NCBI GenBank assembly: GCA_029259155.1 | Contig: JAPDJI010000017.1 | Span: 1-64,000 of the forward strand | From: Candidatus Methanomethylicia archaeon | GTDB lineage: Archaea > Thermoproteota > Methanomethylicia > Nezhaarchaeales > B40-G2 | Reading direction: 5' to 3' | DNA: 64,000 nucleotides | In this document: positions 47,482-61,101 of the stretch, in pieces | Position numbering within the stretch: position 1 is the stretch's first letter | How the letters are laid out: each line of letters opens with the position of its first letter | Made by a program: the position numbers and the translations under genes | The notes under the pieces: generated by a model | What the model saw: only the letters and a program-made list of their open reading frames with translations | Told to the model about the DNA's origin: nothing | The model's database searches: none

Positions 47482-48548
47482 CCTTCCACTACCTCTAGGT
47501 GCTTAATATCCACCTCAATGCCGGTTGCCATGAGTCCGGCTCCCAGCGCGGGAACCATTCTAGAGGCAGCCCCTATTACTTCGCTTAAACTAAACACTCT
47601 CTCCACACCTATCTTCCTTAGAGCTGGCTCAGCAAGGAACTTTGCCCCTATGCCGGCGGTGTAAGCTGGTGGAGTGATGTTTTTCTCAGTTCTGAGCCTG
47701 CTGTATACTTGGAGTAAGCCTTCAGCAACTGCTTCAAGCTGTCTATGGTAAATGAAGCTAGCCATACTTATGACTTCTTCCTCGCTGATGAGCTCAAGGT
47801 CGGCGCAGACCACCCTAGCCAGCCTAGCGAGAGCTTCCCTCCTCGTAGCTTCTCTCCCGTCAGCAGTGTCCACCGTATATTCATGTTCTCTTATGTGACC
47901 TAAAATAAGATGTACATCACCTGAAGTAGCAAAGAGCTCAGAAGACACTCGAATTAATCCCCCTCTCAAGGGGACTTTGTCTACTATGGCCGCTACGTTA
48001 GTTCTTAAGGCACCTGTATACACCAGCTCTCCGCACATAAGCTTCTCAAGATCGTTAAGCCCTTTGACTGCCAGCTCACCTTCGATGACGGGGACGATGC
48101 TCGTGGTCGTGCTACCTACGTCTACTACTACGCAGGTTTTTTCAAGCTTAGAAGCCACCCAACCAGTCGCCGCCCAGTTAGCGGCAGCTACCTCTAAAGG
48201 ATGTTTCTTGGCATCTTCAACGCTTACAAGTTTCCCTTTAACGCTTACAACCTTCACCTCGGTGTCCTTAAAACATCTTTCCACAGTGTTGAGTACGTGA
48301 TGTACTCCTTCACGCTTACACCAATACACGTCTGAGAGCTCAGCAGTCATCGTAAGCCCTACAGCTTTAAGCTCACCAGCTTTAGAGGCGAGCTCATTTA
48401 AGGCCTCCATAAGCTTCTCTTTCCCCACTTTCCATAGGGGGAGGTACAGGCTCCGCGTATATGCCTTCGCTATTCCTTTACTTAGCTCTATGAGCACTGC
48501 TTTGAGATTAGCTCCTCCCACGTCTAGGCCTAGGTAGTTCACGTTCAC
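47472..48548 (-). CDS. mfnF: Hydantoinase-A-like H4MPT-linked protein (APMF-Glu synthase)
   Basis: GLDVGGANLK, TMTAELSD, AAANW.AT, DVGSTTT, ELVYTG.LRT, RLAR.VCAD. Confidence 0.85.
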   Translation of the reverse strand: MNVNYLGLDVGGANLKAVLIELSKGIAKAYTRSLYLPLWKVGKEKLMEALNELASKAGELKAVGLTMTAELSDVYWCKREGVHHVLNTVERCFKDTEVKVVSVKGKLVSVEDAKKHPLEVAAANWAATGWVASKLEKTCVVVDVGSTTTSIVPVIEGELAVKGLNDLEKLMCGELVYTGALRTNVAAIVDKVPLRGGLIRVSSELFATSGDVHLILGHIREHEYTVDTADGREATRREALARLARVVCADLELISEEEVISMASFIYHRQLEAVAEGLLQVYSRLRTEKNITPPAYTAGIGAKFLAEPALRKIGVERVFSLSEVIGAASRMVPALGAGLMATGIEVDIKHLEVVEGWV

Positions 48549-48556
48549 TCCCGCTT

Positions 48557-50005
48557 CTAAGCGGAGGCGTAGGAAGTTTTTAGCCTCTCAATCCTCTCCT
48601 TCAACATTTCATATACCATTTTAGGGTCAGTCCTCATTTTTGTTAGCTTCAATACGTGGCCTACAAGATGATGTATCACTTTCTCGTCTTTCATAGCGGC
48701 CTCTACATCCTCTTTTTCCTCCTCTAGTACGCGTTCCACGGCTTCCTCCAATACCGCGCTATCGGCTATCTTCTGTAAGCCTTCTTCATCAACCATCCTT
48801 CGAGGACTTCTACCGCTTACCACTATGTCTCTTAACATGTACTTAGCGGTCTTCTCGGTGACCACCCCTTCCTCGACCATGTTCACCAGCTCAGCCAAGT
48901 GGCTGGGAGTTATCTTAGATTCTGGAAGGTCGAGACCATAGTAATTCAACACACCCAATAAGGTGTGTACCACGAACTTAGCTGCTTTAACTGGGTCTTT
49001 ACACATGGAGGCTGCTTCCTCGAAGAAATCAGCGAGCGGCTTACTACTTACGAGAACCGCTGCTTCTGCCTCAGCTATGCCGTACTGCCTAGTAAGCCTA
49101 TCTTTCCTAGCGTCTGGCAGCTCAGGTAAAGTACGCTTGACAGCATCGATGAACTCTGGGGTCAGCTCTATCGGCACTAAGTCAGGCTCAGGGAAGTATC
49201 TATAGTCCATCTCCTCCTCCTTAACCCTAAGCGTTACCGTAACTCCTCTAACCTCATCCCAGTGCCTCGTTTCGCGCTCAATTTTACGCCCCATTTTCAT
49301 CAAGTTGCGCTGTCTAAGTAATTCAAAAGTTAAGGCGCGCTCCACTTCCTTAAAAGAAGAAATGTTCTTAACCTCTATCCTAGCACCTCCAGCCACGGAG
49401 ATGTTACTATCGCACCTCATGGCTCCTTCTAGGCTGCCGTCAAATACACCTAGGTGCTCGAGTATAGAGCGGAGTCTTTGGAGGAATAGCCTAGCTTCTT
49501 TTGGTGAGCTTAAGTCAGGCTCCGTCACTATCTCTATTAAAGCTACACCAGCTCGGTTGTAGTCTACGAGAGTGTAGGGAGATTCCGTGATACTCCCCTT
49601 ATAGACAAGTTTGCCTGGATCTTCCTCTAAGTGCACTCTTCTAATTCTGATCTCCTTTTTTCTTCCGCCAACATCTAAGTATACCTTTCCGTTAACCCCC
49701 ACGGGGTAGTCGTACTGAGAGATCTGAAAGTTCTTAGGCAGGTCAGGGTAAAAATAGTTTTTACGGTAAAACACGATGCGATTCGCTACTTGACAGTTTA
49801 GGGCAAGCGCTACCTTAACAGCCTCCTCCACCGCCTTCTTGTTCACTACGGGTAGAGATCCTGGTAAGCCGAGACACGTGGGACAGACATGAGTGTTGGG
49901 CTGCTTACCTCTATAGTCAGCCGGGCATGAGCAGAACAGCTTGGTCTTGAGGCTAGTGACTTGGCAGTGGACCTCTAAGCCTATCTTCACCTCTGGCTCT
50001 TCCAT
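48557..50005 (-). CDS. gatB: Asp-tRNA(Asn) amidotransferase subunit B
   Basis: IGLEVH, RKNYFYPDLPK.FQISQ, EIVTEPD, EVKN, DYRYFPEPDL. Confidence 0.96.
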   Translation of the reverse strand: MEEPEVKIGLEVHCQVTSLKTKLFCSCPADYRGKQPNTHVCPTCLGLPGSLPVVNKKAVEEAVKVALALNCQVANRIVFYRKNYFYPDLPKNFQISQYDYPVGVNGKVYLDVGGRKKEIRIRRVHLEEDPGKLVYKGSITESPYTLVDYNRAGVALIEIVTEPDLSSPKEARLFLQRLRSILEHLGVFDGSLEGAMRCDSNISVAGGARIEVKNISSFKEVERALTFELLRQRNLMKMGRKIERETRHWDEVRGVTVTLRVKEEEMDYRYFPEPDLVPIELTPEFIDAVKRTLPELPDARKDRLTRQYGIAEAEAAVLVSSKPLADFFEEAASMCKDPVKAAKFVVHTLLGVLNYYGLDLPESKITPSHLAELVNMVEEGVVTEKTAKYMLRDIVVSGRSPRRMVDEEGLQKIADSAVLEEAVERVLEEEKEDVEAAMKDEKVIHHLVGHVLKLTKMRTDPKMVYEMLKERIERLKTSYASA

Positions 50006-50006
50006 G

Positions 50007-51461
50007 CTACGCCACCTCTGGCTCTTTACTGTACAGTTTAAGCTCCGTCTCGATAGCTAAGGCTACGTTAAGGATGGCTGCTTCCTCAAAAAATCTTCCC
50101 GCCACTTGCAGCCCTACGGGGAGGCCGTCTATGAAGCCGCAAGGCACCGATACAGCTGGTACCCCAGCTAGGTTTACAGGTACTGTGTCGACGTCCATCA
50201 TATACATGGATAATGGATCCTCCACCTTTTCCCCTATCTCGAAGGGGGGCGTGGGCATGGTAGGGGAAATAATCACGTCAAACTTCTTGAGCATCGATAA
50301 GTATTCATTCCTGATGAGAGACCTGACCTTTAAGGCTTTAAGGTAGTATCGTCCATAGTAGCCAGCCGACAACGCGAAGGTACCGAGTATTATCCTCCTT
50401 TTCACTTCCGGCCCGAAGCCCTCCTCTCTGGTCTTGGAATACACCTTTGACCAGTCGCCCTCCGCGTTAGCCCTAAAACCATACCTTACGCCGTCGTACC
50501 TAGCTAGGTTAGAGCTAGCCTCCGACATGGCTATTACGTAGTAGGCCGCCAGTGCGTACTTTAAGCTAGGCATGGAGACTTCTTCGTATTTTGCTCCTAG
50601 TTCCTCTAGGAGGTGGATGGCCTTCCAAACCTCCTCAGCTACTCTAGGCTCTGTGCCTTCACCGAAAAGCTCCTTAGGGACCGCTATTCTGACCCCCTTG
50701 ACCTCTCCTTTGACCTCGCTCAGGTTAAAGGGCCTTGGAGGGTTTACGGTGGTAGAGTCTTTGGGGTCTCTCCCAGCTATTATGCTTAGTAATAATGCAC
50801 AGTCTTCGACGGTCCTAGCCATGGGGCCTATCTGTTCAAGGCTACATGCATAGGCTATGAGCCCGTACCTGCTTACATGTCCATAGGTGGGCTTTAAGCC
50901 GACAATGAAGCAGAATGCAGCTGGACACCTGATAGATCCTCCAGTATCGGAACCTAGAGCTAGGGGGGCCATCCTAGCTGCTACAGCTGCTGCGGATCCA
51001 CCAGAAGATCCTCCAGGTACGCGGTCTAAGCTCCAAGGATTCCTCGTAGGACCGTAAGCACTATTCTCCGTGGAGCTACCCATAGCGAACTCGTCCATGT
51101 TGGTCAGCCCCATGATTATCCCGTCTTCAGCTTTTATCCTAGCCACTACGGTCGCGTCGTAAGGTGGTCTATAACCGGCGAGGATCTTTGAGGCACAAGT
51201 AACCTCTACGCCTTTGATGCAAATGTTGTCTTTAATCGCTATGGGTACACCTGCTAGCTTTCCAAGCCTACCCCTCTTAGCTACGGTTTGATCTATCCTT
51301 CTTGCCTCTTCTAAGGCTCTCTCTTTGATTAGTCTTACAAAGGCTCTGACCTTACCGTCCACCTTAGCAACTCTCTCATAGAAAGCCTCAATCACCTCCT
51401 CTGCTTTAACCTCTCCTTCCCTAACCATCCTTGCCAGCTCAACTGCTCTAAGCCTTAACAT
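50007..51461 (-). CDS. gatA: Amidotransferase subunit A
   Basis: IKDN, NMDEFAMGSS, PGGSSGGSA, GSDTGGSIR, EVKRRI.LG. Confidence 0.96.
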   Translation of the reverse strand: MLRLRAVELARMVREGEVKAEEVIEAFYERVAKVDGKVRAFVRLIKERALEEARRIDQTVAKRGRLGKLAGVPIAIKDNICIKGVEVTCASKILAGYRPPYDATVVARIKAEDGIIMGLTNMDEFAMGSSTENSAYGPTRNPWSLDRVPGGSSGGSAAAVAARMAPLALGSDTGGSIRCPAAFCFIVGLKPTYGHVSRYGLIAYACSLEQIGPMARTVEDCALLLSIIAGRDPKDSTTVNPPRPFNLSEVKGEVKGVRIAVPKELFGEGTEPRVAEEVWKAIHLLEELGAKYEEVSMPSLKYALAAYYVIAMSEASSNLARYDGVRYGFRANAEGDWSKVYSKTREEGFGPEVKRRIILGTFALSAGYYGRYYLKALKVRSLIRNEYLSMLKKFDVIISPTMPTPPFEIGEKVEDPLSMYMMDVDTVPVNLAGVPAVSVPCGFIDGLPVGLQVAGRFFEEAAILNVALAIETELKLYSKEPEVA

Positions 51462-51476
51462 CTTAGTTGACGTGAC

Positions 51477-51767
51477 TCACACCATCCGTGGAGCCTCTAT
51501 ATATTCTCCTTCCTTCAAGGGGGCGTTGGCTAAGGCCTCCTCAGGACTTAATGTTGGTCCAGGCTCGTCTTCCCGCATGACGTTGCTTAGCTCCAAGACA
51601 TTGAAGGCTGGCTCTATGCCCTCGGTCTCGGCCTCGTCCAAGATCTTAAAGTAATCAAGCACCTTTGAAAGCTGCTCAGTGAAGGACTTAACTTCAGCCT
51701 CGTCTAGCTCTAATCTTGCAAGCCATGCTAGATGTTTTACAAGCTCCTCGGTAAGCTTCTCTTCCAT
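51477..51767 (-). CDS. gatC: Amidotransferase subunit C
   Basis: HLA.LARL, NVMRED, ALANAP; immediately upstream of gatA. Confidence 0.93.
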   Translation of the reverse strand: MEEKLTEELVKHLAWLARLELDEAEVKSFTEQLSKVLDYFKILDEAETEGIEPAFNVLELSNVMREDEPGPTLSPEEALANAPLKEGEYIEAPRMV

Positions 51768-51860
51768 AATTTTCCCACACCGCTGAATAGTTAGGCTAGT
51801 TTTAAACCGTTATGGTTAGCTTGTAAGGTTATTAGGAGCTTGATTGATCTTTAAGCTAGG

Positions 51861-52886
51861 ATGGGTGTTAAGTTAGCCTCTTTAGTCGTCAAAAAAGTTG
51901 TAGAGCTGGAGAAGCTAAGGGGTAGAAGCCTTGCCGTTGACGCTAACAACGTCTTACACCAGTTCTTAGCTCTAGTTAGGAAACCTGATGGTACTCCCTT
52001 AACCGATCCTTCCGGTAAAGTTACTTCACACTTAGTAGGCTTAGCTTTTAGGTCCACGAGACTGCTCTACGACTACGATATTGGTTTAGTTTTTGTTTTC
52101 GACGGTGAACCTCCAAGGCTTAAAATGGACGAGGTAGCTAAGCGTAGAGAAGCTAAAGAGAAAGCTGAGAAGGAGTGGCTTGAAGCATTAAGGAGGGGGG
52201 ACTACGCTGCAGCTTTCTCTAAAGCTGTAGTTACAGGTAGATTAACGAGAGAGATGTTAGAGGACGCTAAAAAGCTCCTTAAACTTCTAGGTATTCCTTA
52301 CGTGGAAGCGCCCAGCGAAGCAGAGGCACAGGCAGCTTTCATGGCGGCTAGAGGGGATGTGTGGGCTAGCAATAGTAGAGACTACGATTCGCTTCTTTTT
52401 GGGAGTCCTAGGCTAGTGCGGTACGTAACCATTTCCGGCACCGATTTCTTACCTAGTAAAGGGGTGGTTAAGCCTCTTAAGCCTGAGATCATCGAGCTTA
52501 AGGCTACCTTAGATCATCTAGGGCTTTCCAGGGAGCAGCTCATCGACCTAGCTATTCTACTCGGAACCGACTTTAATGAAGGAGTTAAAGGGATAGGTCC
52601 AGTGAAGGCTTTAAGGCTCATTAAGGCCTACGGTAAACTTGAAGCTTTACCGCCTACTGTCAAATCTAAGTTACCTAGCAACTATGAGGAGATCAGGGAT
52701 TTTTTCCTTAACCCTCCGGTGCTGGATCGTTACACCTTAAACTATGGGGTGCTGGATGAGGAGGGGTTGAAGAGGTTTCTATGCGATGATAAAGGTTTTT
52801 CAGAGGAAAGGGTTGAAAAGTTGGTGGAAAGAATAAAGGCCTTCTATTCACGGCGCTTACAAACAAGGCTTGAAGAATGGGCTTGA
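51861..52886 (+). CDS. fen: Flap endonuclease 1
   Basis: MGV, DGTPL.D, TSHL.G, FDG, EAEAQAA, DYDSLLFG, GTDFN.G..GIG; PIP box QTRLEEW. Confidence 0.96.
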   Translation: MGVKLASLVVKKVVELEKLRGRSLAVDANNVLHQFLALVRKPDGTPLTDPSGKVTSHLVGLAFRSTRLLYDYDIGLVFVFDGEPPRLKMDEVAKRREAKEKAEKEWLEALRRGDYAAAFSKAVVTGRLTREMLEDAKKLLKLLGIPYVEAPSEAEAQAAFMAARGDVWASNSRDYDSLLFGSPRLVRYVTISGTDFLPSKGVVKPLKPEIIELKATLDHLGLSREQLIDLAILLGTDFNEGVKGIGPVKALRLIKAYGKLEALPPTVKSKLPSNYEEIRDFFLNPPVLDRYTLNYGVLDEEGLKRFLCDDKGFSEERVEKLVERIKAFYSRRLQTRLEEWA

Positions 52887-52932
52887 AGCAAAAACCTAAA
52901 CCTACCCTTCTCTTCTATAGGTTTGACCGATC

Positions 52933-54132
52933 TTGGTGACCATTCGTCTTGGAACTTCAGGATGGTCCTACACCGACTGGGTTGGCCCTTTCTATACTGA
53001 AGATAAGAGAATGCTTTTCCAGTACTCTCAGGTCTTCAACACTGCAGAAATAGACTCCACTTTCTACAGCTATCCCTCACCAGGTGCGGTTAAGGCTTGG
53101 GTTAAGCTAACCCCTCGTAACTTCGTCTTCTCCGCTAAGATACCTAGAGTCGTGACCCATGAAAAGGAGCTAGACGTCAATTTAGGCGTGGAGGATGATC
53201 TTAAACGATTCTTAGGTTTAATGGAACCTCTACGTGAAGCTGGTAAGCTAGGTCCTCTCCTTTTCCAGCTTCCTCCTTCTCTTAGGCTTAACCTAGAGAG
53301 GCTTGAGGATTTGTTGGATGTGCTGCCTGATGGTTACATGTTCGCTATTGAGTTTAGGGACTTTTCATGGCTCACGGAGGACGTATACAAATTACTGGAG
53401 AGCAGGGAGGTAGCCTTCGTCGTTGTGGATGAACCTTTACTGCCACCTATATGTCTGGCTACCGCTAGGTTTGCGTATGTGAGGTGGCATGGTAGAGGCT
53501 CAAGACCATGGTATAACTACCACTACAGGCCTGAGGAACTTGAGCCTTGGGTCGACAGGATCAATGAGCTTTCCTCCAAGGTGGATGAGCTTTACGGGTA
53601 CTTTAACAACCACTTCCACGGATATGCTGTCAGCAACTGCTTATCGATGTTAAGGATGCTTAACCTTTTAACTCCGAAGCAGGCTGAGGCTCTGAGGAGA
53701 GTGGAGGAGTACTTCACTAGCCGCAAAGCCGTAGTACCACCTCCAGCAGCTCTAGCTAAACGGGGAGGCATGGAGCTTTACGCGATATTGGCTAGTAATG
53801 ATCCCTCACGCTTACTGGAGCTGTTCATGGATAACCGTAGGTTAAGAAGGATAACTGAAATACCAGACCATGAGGTGTCGGTGGAGGAACTTTCCGAGAG
53901 CTTAGTTAAGGCTAAGGTTAAGGAGTATACTGTAGTGATAGACACTGAAGCCAAGCTGGTCTTGCACGACTGCGCCGATTGGAGTAGGGTGTCGCCTTTG
54001 AGGCAGTTCTGTAAACATTTGGGCAAGCTCTTCTTGGTATTACCTAGACAAAAAGCTGTAGACTTACTTAAACGGATTTACGAGGAAAAGGAAGAGTGGA
54101 TGTTTAGGCCTCTTGTGGAGGAGGTTAGCTAG
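52933..54132 (+). CDS. DUF72 protein with a C-terminal SWIM-like zinc finger
   Basis: GTSGWSY, EIDSTFY, QLPPS, EFR..SW, Y.R.HG, YFNN; tail HDCADW...FCKH. Confidence 0.85.
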   Translation: MVTIRLGTSGWSYTDWVGPFYTEDKRMLFQYSQVFNTAEIDSTFYSYPSPGAVKAWVKLTPRNFVFSAKIPRVVTHEKELDVNLGVEDDLKRFLGLMEPLREAGKLGPLLFQLPPSLRLNLERLEDLLDVLPDGYMFAIEFRDFSWLTEDVYKLLESREVAFVVVDEPLLPPICLATARFAYVRWHGRGSRPWYNYHYRPEELEPWVDRINELSSKVDELYGYFNNHFHGYAVSNCLSMLRMLNLLTPKQAEALRRVEEYFTSRKAVVPPPAALAKRGGMELYAILASNDPSRLLELFMDNRRLRRITEIPDHEVSVEELSESLVKAKVKEYTVVIDTEAKLVLHDCADWSRVSPLRQFCKHLGKLFLVLPRQKAVDLLKRIYEEKEEWMFRPLVEEVS

Positions 54133-54928
54133 CCAAAAGTTCCTTTGACCTTGAGGTAGCCTTCATCACAGCGTTGATGATGGTGGTCCTTATCTTACCC
54201 TCTTCGAGCTCGATAATGCCTTCTATGGTAACCCCTGCAGGCGTTGTGACCATTTCCCTCAGCCTAGCGGGATGTTCCCCTGTCTCCAGAAGCATCTTGG
54301 CAGCCCCTAACGTTGTCTGGGAAGATAGGTAACTGGCCACGTCTCTAGGTAAGCCAACTTTGACCCCCGCATCGGTCATGGCCTCTATGATGAGAAACAC
54401 GTACGCAGGACCGCTACCGCTTAGAGCTGTAACTGCGTCGAAATACTCCTCGTTTAGCCTTAGAGTCTTACCTACTGCTTGAAAGAGCTTTTCTGCCACT
54501 TCAAGATGTTTTTCGTTAGCGTTAGGCCCAGCAGTCACCACAGTCATTCCTTCCCTCGCAAGTACTGCTACATTAGGCATGGCTCTAACTATGGGCACCG
54601 GTTTCGTTAAGTGTCTGGCTATATAGCTTGTGGCTACACCAGCGGCTACAGAAATGAGTAGGTGGCTAGGGGTTAGATGGTTGTTTATTTCCTCGAGTAC
54701 TTTCTTGATGTCCTTAGGCTTAACTGAGAGGATCACCACCTCGCTCTTCTCGACCACCTCTACGTTGCTTCTATGACAATTTATGCCGTAGGTGGAGGAT
54801 AGGTGCTTTAGCCTCTGATGGTTAATGTCGCTTGCGTAGATCTCCTCAGGCTTAGCGAACCCTCCTTTAATCAGACCAGAAATTAATGCTTCTCCTATGC
54901 GTCCGGCCCCTATGATGCCTACTTTCAT
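54125..54928 (-). CDS. proC: Pyrroline-5-carboxylate reductase
   Basis: IGAGRIG, VKP, RAMPN, TALSGSGPAY, VTTPAG.T. Confidence 0.95.
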   Translation of the reverse strand: MKVGIIGAGRIGEALISGLIKGGFAKPEEIYASDINHQRLKHLSSTYGINCHRSNVEVVEKSEVVILSVKPKDIKKVLEEINNHLTPSHLLISVAAGVATSYIARHLTKPVPIVRAMPNVAVLAREGMTVVTAGPNANEKHLEVAEKLFQAVGKTLRLNEEYFDAVTALSGSGPAYVFLIIEAMTDAGVKVGLPRDVASYLSSQTTLGAAKMLLETGEHPARLREMVTTPAGVTIEGIIELEEGKIRTTIINAVMKATSRSKELLAS

Positions 54929-54930
54929 GT

Positions 54931-56766
54931 TTAGCCGCCTCCATGAAGCTTATCAGAGACATCTTTTAACTCGAGAGCTTCAAGTTTCTGGCGTGATGGA
55001 AGTCCACTTTTAGGATCCCAGCCGCGAGCTTCATAGTACATGGATAACATTTCCTCAAACAACTCCCTATTTAGCACAGCTCCCTTCAATGGCCCTTCAG
55101 GCAAGGGATCGCTGAAGAACCTTTCAGGTAAACGGTCTTTTTCTTTGGTCAATCCTCTGACAGCACCTATTGCTCTAGTCAAGTTATAGATCCTCTCCGA
55201 TCTTTTGAGTAGATCATCGAGCGTTGCATGGACCCCAGTCGCAGCTTGGTAAAGCTTAGCATACAGCTTTAGGTCTAGTCCGAGCTCAACCCAAGGCAAC
55301 CTACATACTCCTAGACAGTCGAAGAGAGGTCTTACGTGTTGCAAGTAAATAACCCACTCAACTTTATCCTTTGTATACTTCTCTCTCCCGACCTTTAAAT
55401 CGTAGGTTATGGCCCAGGCCCTATTATGATGAGCCCCTATATCGGCCGTGGCGTAGGCTAAGGCCATGGCTGGAGCCGCCCTTACATCGTATCCTGAAAC
55501 CTCAAGGCCCTTTACATGTATTGCAAGCTTCTCGGAACCTCTACCTAGTTTCTCGGCTGCTTTTTCCACTCCTTCAGCCAAGATAGCTCCTAACCCTCTC
55601 CTCCAGGCTATCATGTTAAGCAGCTCGAAGACCGCCTTGCTGCTACCGAAGCTTAAGTCTAGCCCGTCGACTTCGTTACTCGATAAGAGGTTTTTCTCGA
55701 AGCATTCCATGGCGAAGGCTATCACTGCTCCTGCTGAGATGGTGTCTAGGCCTAGCTCATCGCATAGCCAGTTGGCGTAGGCTACATCCTCTAGTGAAGA
55801 GACTCCTACGTTAGAGCCTAAGAAGACCGCTGTTTCATACTCAGGGCCTATGACAAGCTTCCCTCTAGCCTCTAGCAGCTTCTTACACGCCATGGGGCAT
55901 AGGTAGCAAGCAACGCTTCTTTTCTTCATCTTAGCTATGGCTTTACCTCCTATTAGATCAGCGTGCTCAAAAACTCCTGACTGGAAGTTACGTGTAGGTA
56001 GACAGGAGGCTTCTTGAGCCCACTCTATGACCTGCATTAACCCTTGTTCCCACCAAACCTTAAGGTCCTCCTTGCTAACCATATAACTTATGGCTTCTTT
56101 GTAAAGTTTCTTCATGGTATCTAGGTCAGCTACAGGTATGCTTCGTCCTCCTTTAGCTACGATGGCCTTAAGCTTCTTAAAACCCATTACGGCTCCCATA
56201 CCGGTCCTGCCGGCTTGGTTGCCGTAGTCGCAGGTTACGCAGGCAAAGCTAACGAGGTTCTCTCCACCTGGTCCTATGGACATGATGCTTACATCGTTTC
56301 CTAGCTCCTTCTTTAACTCCGCCTCCGTGGTTAAGGAACCTAGCCCCCAAAGATGATCGGCGCTGCGCAGCTCTGCGCCTTTATCACTTACCCATAGATA
56401 AACCGGCTTCTCGGTAGCCCCTTCTATGATGATGCCGTCGAACCCTGCTTGCTTAAGCTCTATCCCTAGCATTCCTCCTACGTTGCTATCACCGTAGAGG
56501 TTTGTGGCTGGACTGATGGAAGCCAGCGTGACCTTACAGGAACCTGGTGTAAGCGTGCCTGTGAGAGGTCCGGTCATGACCACTAGTTTATTGTTTGGGT
56601 CGAAGGCTCCTGGGACCTCTAGGACCTCATCCCAGATGATTCGAGCTGCCCATCCGCGTCCTCCCACATATCTGACCATAAACTCCTCGTCTACTTCTTG
56701 AACCCGTACCTCCTTCTTTGAGAGATCAACTCTAAGTATCCTTCCCAGGTATCCTCCCTTCACCAT
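54931..56766 (-). CDS. aor: Tungsten aldehyde:ferredoxin oxidoreductase family protein
   Basis: GRILRVDL, GR.G.GAVMG.K.LKA, CxxCxxxC, PEYET, LGLDTIS, G.GA.LAEG, YYEARGWD. Confidence 0.9.
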   Translation of the reverse strand: MVKGGYLGRILRVDLSKKEVRVQEVDEEFMVRYVGGRGWAARIIWDEVLEVPGAFDPNNKLVVMTGPLTGTLTPGSCKVTLASISPATNLYGDSNVGGMLGIELKQAGFDGIIIEGATEKPVYLWVSDKGAELRSADHLWGLGSLTTEAELKKELGNDVSIMSIGPGGENLVSFACVTCDYGNQAGRTGMGAVMGFKKLKAIVAKGGRSIPVADLDTMKKLYKEAISYMVSKEDLKVWWEQGLMQVIEWAQEASCLPTRNFQSGVFEHADLIGGKAIAKMKKRSVACYLCPMACKKLLEARGKLVIGPEYETAVFLGSNVGVSSLEDVAYANWLCDELGLDTISAGAVIAFAMECFEKNLLSSNEVDGLDLSFGSSKAVFELLNMIAWRRGLGAILAEGVEKAAEKLGRGSEKLAIHVKGLEVSGYDVRAAPAMALAYATADIGAHHNRAWAITYDLKVGREKYTKDKVEWVIYLQHVRPLFDCLGVCRLPWVELGLDLKLYAKLYQAATGVHATLDDLLKRSERIYNLTRAIGAVRGLTKEKDRLPERFFSDPLPEGPLKGAVLNRELFEEMLSMYYEARGWDPKSGLPSRQKLEALELKDVSDKLHGGG

Positions 56767-57194
56767 TCCTCTTCAACCTCCAAGGCGTGGGTGGGACAGA
56801 CCTCCACGCAGCGAGGGTTTCCGTTGCATAGGTTACATTTAATGGGTAGGTTCTTCTCCTCGTGCCAAAACATGGCGTCGTATGGACAGGCCTTGACACA
56901 TACTTTGCATCCTGCACAGCTATCGTAGTCTATCATCACTACCCCTCCACTCAGGTAGATCGCGTTTAGGTCACAGTGGTCCATACAGGCAGGCTCTCGG
57001 CACTGTTTACAGAAACTGGCGTTAGAGTTAAAGGGTAAGCCATTTACTCTAATGCCGCTTTCTCGCAAGTTTAGTGAGGAGAAGAGCTGGGTTGCACAGG
57101 CGATTTGGCAGGCTCTACAGCCTAAACACTTAGAGGCATCGAATGTTAGCTTCAAGTGCTTCCCTGACTGGAACGTAACCACCCATATTTCCAC
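56760..57194 (-). CDS. Multi-[4Fe-4S] ferredoxin-like AOR partner subunit
   Basis: CLGCRACQIAC, CKQC..PAC..HC, CAGCKVC..ACP, KCNLC...P.C..VCP. Confidence 0.88.
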   Translation of the reverse strand: MEIWVVTFQSGKHLKLTFDASKCLGCRACQIACATQLFSSLNLRESGIRVNGLPFNSNASFCKQCREPACMDHCDLNAIYLSGGVVMIDYDSCAGCKVCVKACPYDAMFWHEEKNLPIKCNLCNGNPRCVEVCPTHALEVEEEW

Positions 57195-57435
57195 CCTGCC
57201 TCTAATGGCTGAGCTAGCAGCCTCAGCTCAAATATAACTTTTTTCCTCACCCATCGTGCTTAGCCCAGAAGGCACTATAACACAGCGCTTCTTTCAAGGG
57301 GCGACATTTTTCCGGTCGTGATGGCAGGTACGTGAAACGCTCCATGTATTGAAGAGATAGAATCGGCATTAGTTATCGAGTTGAATTTATGGGAGAAGCT
57401 AAAGCATATTTGTTCCTTTATCCTAGTCCCAGTCA

Positions 57436-57615
57436 ATGAGGACTACTAAAGATAATGAGGCTCAACCTCGAAGGAACTTATCTGTTCGTTTAACGAGGAA
57501 TGACTTCAATGCAATAGATCTGCTGATCAAGGAGGGTCGCTATAAGAATAGGAGCGAGGTGGTCGAGAAAGCTCTCGAAGCCTTATTAAGAACGTATTTC
57601 ATTGGGCTTGACTAG
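57436..57615 (+). CDS. Ribbon-helix-helix (CopG/Arc) DNA-binding protein (59 aa, absent from ORF track)
   Basis: Hand translation ...NLSVRLTRNDFNAIDLLIKEGRYKNRSEVVEKALEALL... Confidence 0.8.
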   Translation: MRTTKDNEAQPRRNLSVRLTRNDFNAIDLLIKEGRYKNRSEVVEKALEALLRTYFIGLD

Positions 57616-57721
57616 ACTCTGAGCCTAGCTCCCTCAAGAAGGCAGCTTGACTGCTAGCCAGCTCCTTCATCTAGGAAGGCAAGAGACATATTTATCTTAG
57701 TGCGTTTTAGTTAGCATGTGA

Positions 57722-61079
<3,358 letters not shown>

Positions 61080-61101
61080 GCGGCCTCTCCTATGTCGAAG
61101 G

